Assembly: GCA_040954595.2 (NCBI GenBank)
Contig: CM082577.2
Span: 3,720,305 to 3,784,304 of the forward strand
Origin: Balanoglossus misakiensis
Lineage: Eukaryota; Animalia; Hemichordata
Reading direction: 5' to 3'
Length of the DNA stretch: 64,000 bases
Shown in pieces: positions 60,301-64,000 of this stretch. The position numbers were made by a program, and so were the translations under genes. Under the pieces are notes generated by a model. It was not told where the DNA came from, did not search any database, and saw only the letters and a program-made list of their open reading frames with translations. The stretch's first letter is position 1, and each line of letters opens with the position of its first letter.

Positions 60301-63300
60301 GGGCTCGTGTGCGGTGTATTGGACTGTTCGCGAGTCCCATTCCTTGCATACGTAGCCCGAGTCCACACATTGTCGTATTTTTATAACCCCAATGATTATA
60401 CACCTTCCTTATTAAATGTTCATATAAAGGCCATTTTATGGTAGGAATCATACCGCTATAAAATCAAAGCGAAAGGAAACTGAATGATATTATTACAATG
60501 TTACGAACCAAAAACTCGCAACACAAACACCCAGACAGCAACAACAATGATACACAGTACACCCAAAGTTATACGTTTCACTGCGAATCTATTTGTCACA
60601 GGAAGAAAAATAATATCATAGTACAAGCACTGAAACTTAAATGTTTCTAGGGTTCTTACTGAAATATTGTAATGTCCTCAAGAAACTTGTATCAAGTTCC
60701 GCGGTAATATTACACACGTGGTGAGCGGACGCGATAATTCAGTGTTCCGTGAGTTCTCCGCACCGACCCGACGCTGGTTCACGCTGGCGTGCTGCTTTCT
60801 CACACAGTTCTTTCCTGAAGTCCTCTCAGAAGAAAGTAACAGGTTCACTTCACTCACGGTTGCTGGCGTAGACATGCATTTTAAGTCCGAGACCAACGCT
60901 GAATTCAAACCAACAGGACAATACCGACGTGCTGAACTTCAACACCGAGCTCACACGTGGATTACAAGATTCCAGTCCCCGTCGCTCATGGCCGAGTACA
61001 ACTTGTCTGTTTTCTGGTCAGCTCACGCCACTTGACTGCCGTTGCAGAGAGTCAAAAATCAAAAACCCTTACGTAATATTCAAAATACCCAGGTGTACAG
61101 CTACTACAGCTAACGCTATGTTAATGACGTACACCCTTATCGTTCATCCACCACTGATATTTAAATTCTATGCATTCGTAGTACCTTCGTAACAATAAAA
61201 TTATGCAATTAAATTGGCTTCCAGCCAAAAGTAGAACGCTTCAGTCTGCACAGAACTGTACAGACACACATATGAATGTGCCAGTCTTATTTAAACTTCA
61301 CTCACACGTTACGAATACGAAAACGTATTGTACGATACAACGCTGTAGGCTACGGCAGAAGCAAGGTGTATGGAAACACGCGATATGGCAACAGCGCTTT
61401 GTGTTTCGTGGTACATGGAAATTAATGTCATTGTGCGGCGGACCAAATGTAAAGTTCATCACCATGGTATCATGGCAATTCGAACCAAATGGTGTTAATG
61501 GGCTGTATTTGGCGAGCATGCACCTCATAACTGCGCTGCCAAGGCTGTATGAAAGTGATGCGAATGAGCTTATCGCCTGTGATGCAAGGCTGCTTATCAC
61601 GGTCTTCGGTTTCGCTTTATATCTACGATATGATGCATAGTCTCGCAATGCTCACACTTTCTAATACCTTATCGATTGAACATCATTGAATAAAAAGCCA
61701 AAATACTGTCGAATGCCGCCAACTTTATACGGTTAATTTGTCGTGAGCAATGAACACTTTTTCTGGGTTGTCTAAAAGCTGGTGGCCGTGTCGTTTCTTT
61801 TTGGTGTCATTAATTATTTTTAAAAAACCACACGCCCCCACGCGACGGCATTGATTACATCAGAGTCGCGCCATTTCGTCCTGTGCCGAAATGTGTTATA
61901 TGTCTAACAAACGTCTGCTGTAAGTTCGTGTTCTTCTCGACTAATTTAACAAGAATCCAGAGCGGAATGATTTTTTTTCTCCGGACAGACAACCCTCCAG
62001 TCACGTGTCACTGTGTTTTACAATGTTTTGTGGACATTCTTGGAATAGCCAAGCTGCAGCGCCGCATGTAATGTCAGCGGGGGAGTCACTTTGCTGACCT
62101 GTGCAGGTGGATAATGTAGTGTTGCGGATAGCCATCTGACGTTTAAACATTCTTCGTGTCTTCTGTCACGCAGCTATACTATTTTGACAGTTACAGCAGT
62201 GACTCTAAAAGCTGCCAAGTTTGGACGATGTAAGTTTTTCCCCCCCATGAATTGATATGCTGGGTGCTGACTTTTCAGTAAATCAGGATGCTAACATAGG
62301 TTTGGATATTTTAATTAATTAGGACAATTCACAACCTACAAAAAAAACATGTTCTCGGTGTTGGCATGGAGGTGTTATGCGAACTTGCCAGTTTAATTTA
62401 ATGACGGTATGCCGCTGCTACTACCCACTGTTCAACGCGGCACCGTGTGAATCATGGGAAATCGCTTCCCTTCCTGTTTTCATTCGCGTTTTCCTTGACC
62501 CCTTGAAACAAAGATAAAGACCTCATGGGAAACGTGTCCTTCGCACATCGTCGTGTTATATTTACCGTAACACCTCGGAAATAAAATTCTCCCTTTTGGA
62601 AACATAAGTGTAGCAAACCGTGAACAATTGAATCACTGGGAAGGAGACTAAAGTCCTTCACGTGGAAAGGTTCCTTGTTCTTTAGCGAGCATGCCGTATC
62701 GACAGGAGAACATATAGTTTACACATACCATCAGGCGGAGAAGGGTAAATGTGGGGGGAAAGTACTAGTACATAAAGTTGTGTTAGGTTAATAGACATTG
62801 TGTTTATGGCAAAACCAGAAACGGCTGGAGCAGTCAAAACTACTGCCATAATACAACTCCTCAATCCAGTTTCTCAGCAACCGAATTAATTTCGTTTGAG
62901 ATTTTCCTTCCCCGAATAGTTAATCACTGCAAACGAACTATAGATGTGTACAAATGAGTCCCTGGCGACTTAACACTGCTTAAGAATCTAGGAATTCAGA
63001 AATCGACGCACGGACGAGCGAACAATGCGCCTTGAGTTTCGGTCTGTGGTGATTGATTGAAATTGGGACGATCTCTGTTGGACTGCCGGATTTGTTACGA
63101 TATCTGACTAGCGTTGCCATTATTCTCTTTTCAATGGCGTGACGGTTCATCAGCCATGACGCAGTAGCCTAAGACTTACTTTGAATAAAAAAAGACGCTA
63201 TTCGCATCAACGGTAATGAAACTCGTCCCGTAAAAGGCCGAGCCTGGTGTAATAAACACGAAAACACTTCTAACTGTGTGAGAGTATATTTGACTTTGTA

Positions 63301-63910
63301 ACACCGTGATTACGTCATGTTTAATTGGTTTTTTACCGATCACGACTAGCGGCAGATTAGAAATTCTTTCCGTATAATTTACCCTGGTGAAAAAAAAGAT
63401 TAGTCAGACCGTATAGAACGTGACAGGAAATCGATAAATCACACGGAATAGCCAAAACATCAACTACATTATGCATGGCATGAAATTTAATCGACTGTAG
63501 TTGACTGATTTATCAATTAACTGTAATTATGGCGCGTGTCCTTGATACTGCACGTGCTGTACATCTCATTATACCGTACGTGTAGAAATGTTTCTTGATA
63601 TAAACGACACTTTTCTCTCGCGCAAGTTTATCGTTTGCCTCATCTTCCAGAGGAGCGTATGAAGCAGTGAAGTTCAAATACCAGCACCTCACATTTAAAA
63701 AGTGTGACCCCTGTTACCCGGCATGACATTTAGGTAGGCATAGAAGATACTTTTGCATAAAGCGAAGTTGAAACCCACTCGATTTGTCCAAATTTCCGCA
63801 TCTCTGTGAGAAATCTTTTCATACAAAAGTATTATGGCCACTGTTTTGTCTTTTAAAAAACGTTTAATAGATCCACGCAAACGTTAATGCCACAAAGAAT
63901 GGAATGCGTT

Positions 63911-64000
63911 CATTTGCATCCTTAGCTTTCACATTTGCATCCTTAGCTTTCATATTTGCATCCTTAGCCTTCATATTTGCATCCGTAGCTTTCATATTTG
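63911..64000. repeat. 21-bp minisatellite (at least 4.3 copies, truncated by window end)
   Basis: yatttgcatccttagctttca repeated from 63911, 63932, 63953, 63974 and 63995. Confidence 0.93.

Noticed and set aside
60678-61648. GC-richer patch with several 76-145 aa ORFs
   Set aside because: No homology recognised and no consistent splice structure. Could be a UTR exon but this is not demonstrable.

Overview
Eukaryotic (animal) genomic DNA, AT-rich with GT-AG introns. Gene and repeat style suggest a marine invertebrate, possibly a hemichordate or echinoderm (inference only). Contents: (1) 367-5303, + strand: the last seven coding exons of an NMDA-type ionotropic glutamate receptor subunit (GluN2-like, about 499 aa visible from M1 to a C-terminal ETTV PDZ ligand). 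It has an unusually rewritten M3 gate (MYTADLVTH instead of SYTANLAAF, with Thr at the Lurcher position) and a GluN1-like S-V at the glutamate-binding position. (2) 5982-7409, - strand: a convergent intronless Golgi carbohydrate 6-O-sulfotransferase (CHST1-family). (3) About 16.5-32.2 kb: a 15.7-kb array of an 87/88-bp AT-rich satellite with two variant domains and higher-order repeats, ending in a hairpin junction followed by about 3 diverged monomers in inverted orientation. (4) About 32.5-64 kb: no recognisable protein-coding exon, only MITEs and other dispersed repeats, microsatellites and candidate regulatory motifs. No rRNA, tRNA or CRISPR is supportable. Nearly all short ORFs in the supplied track are spurious.
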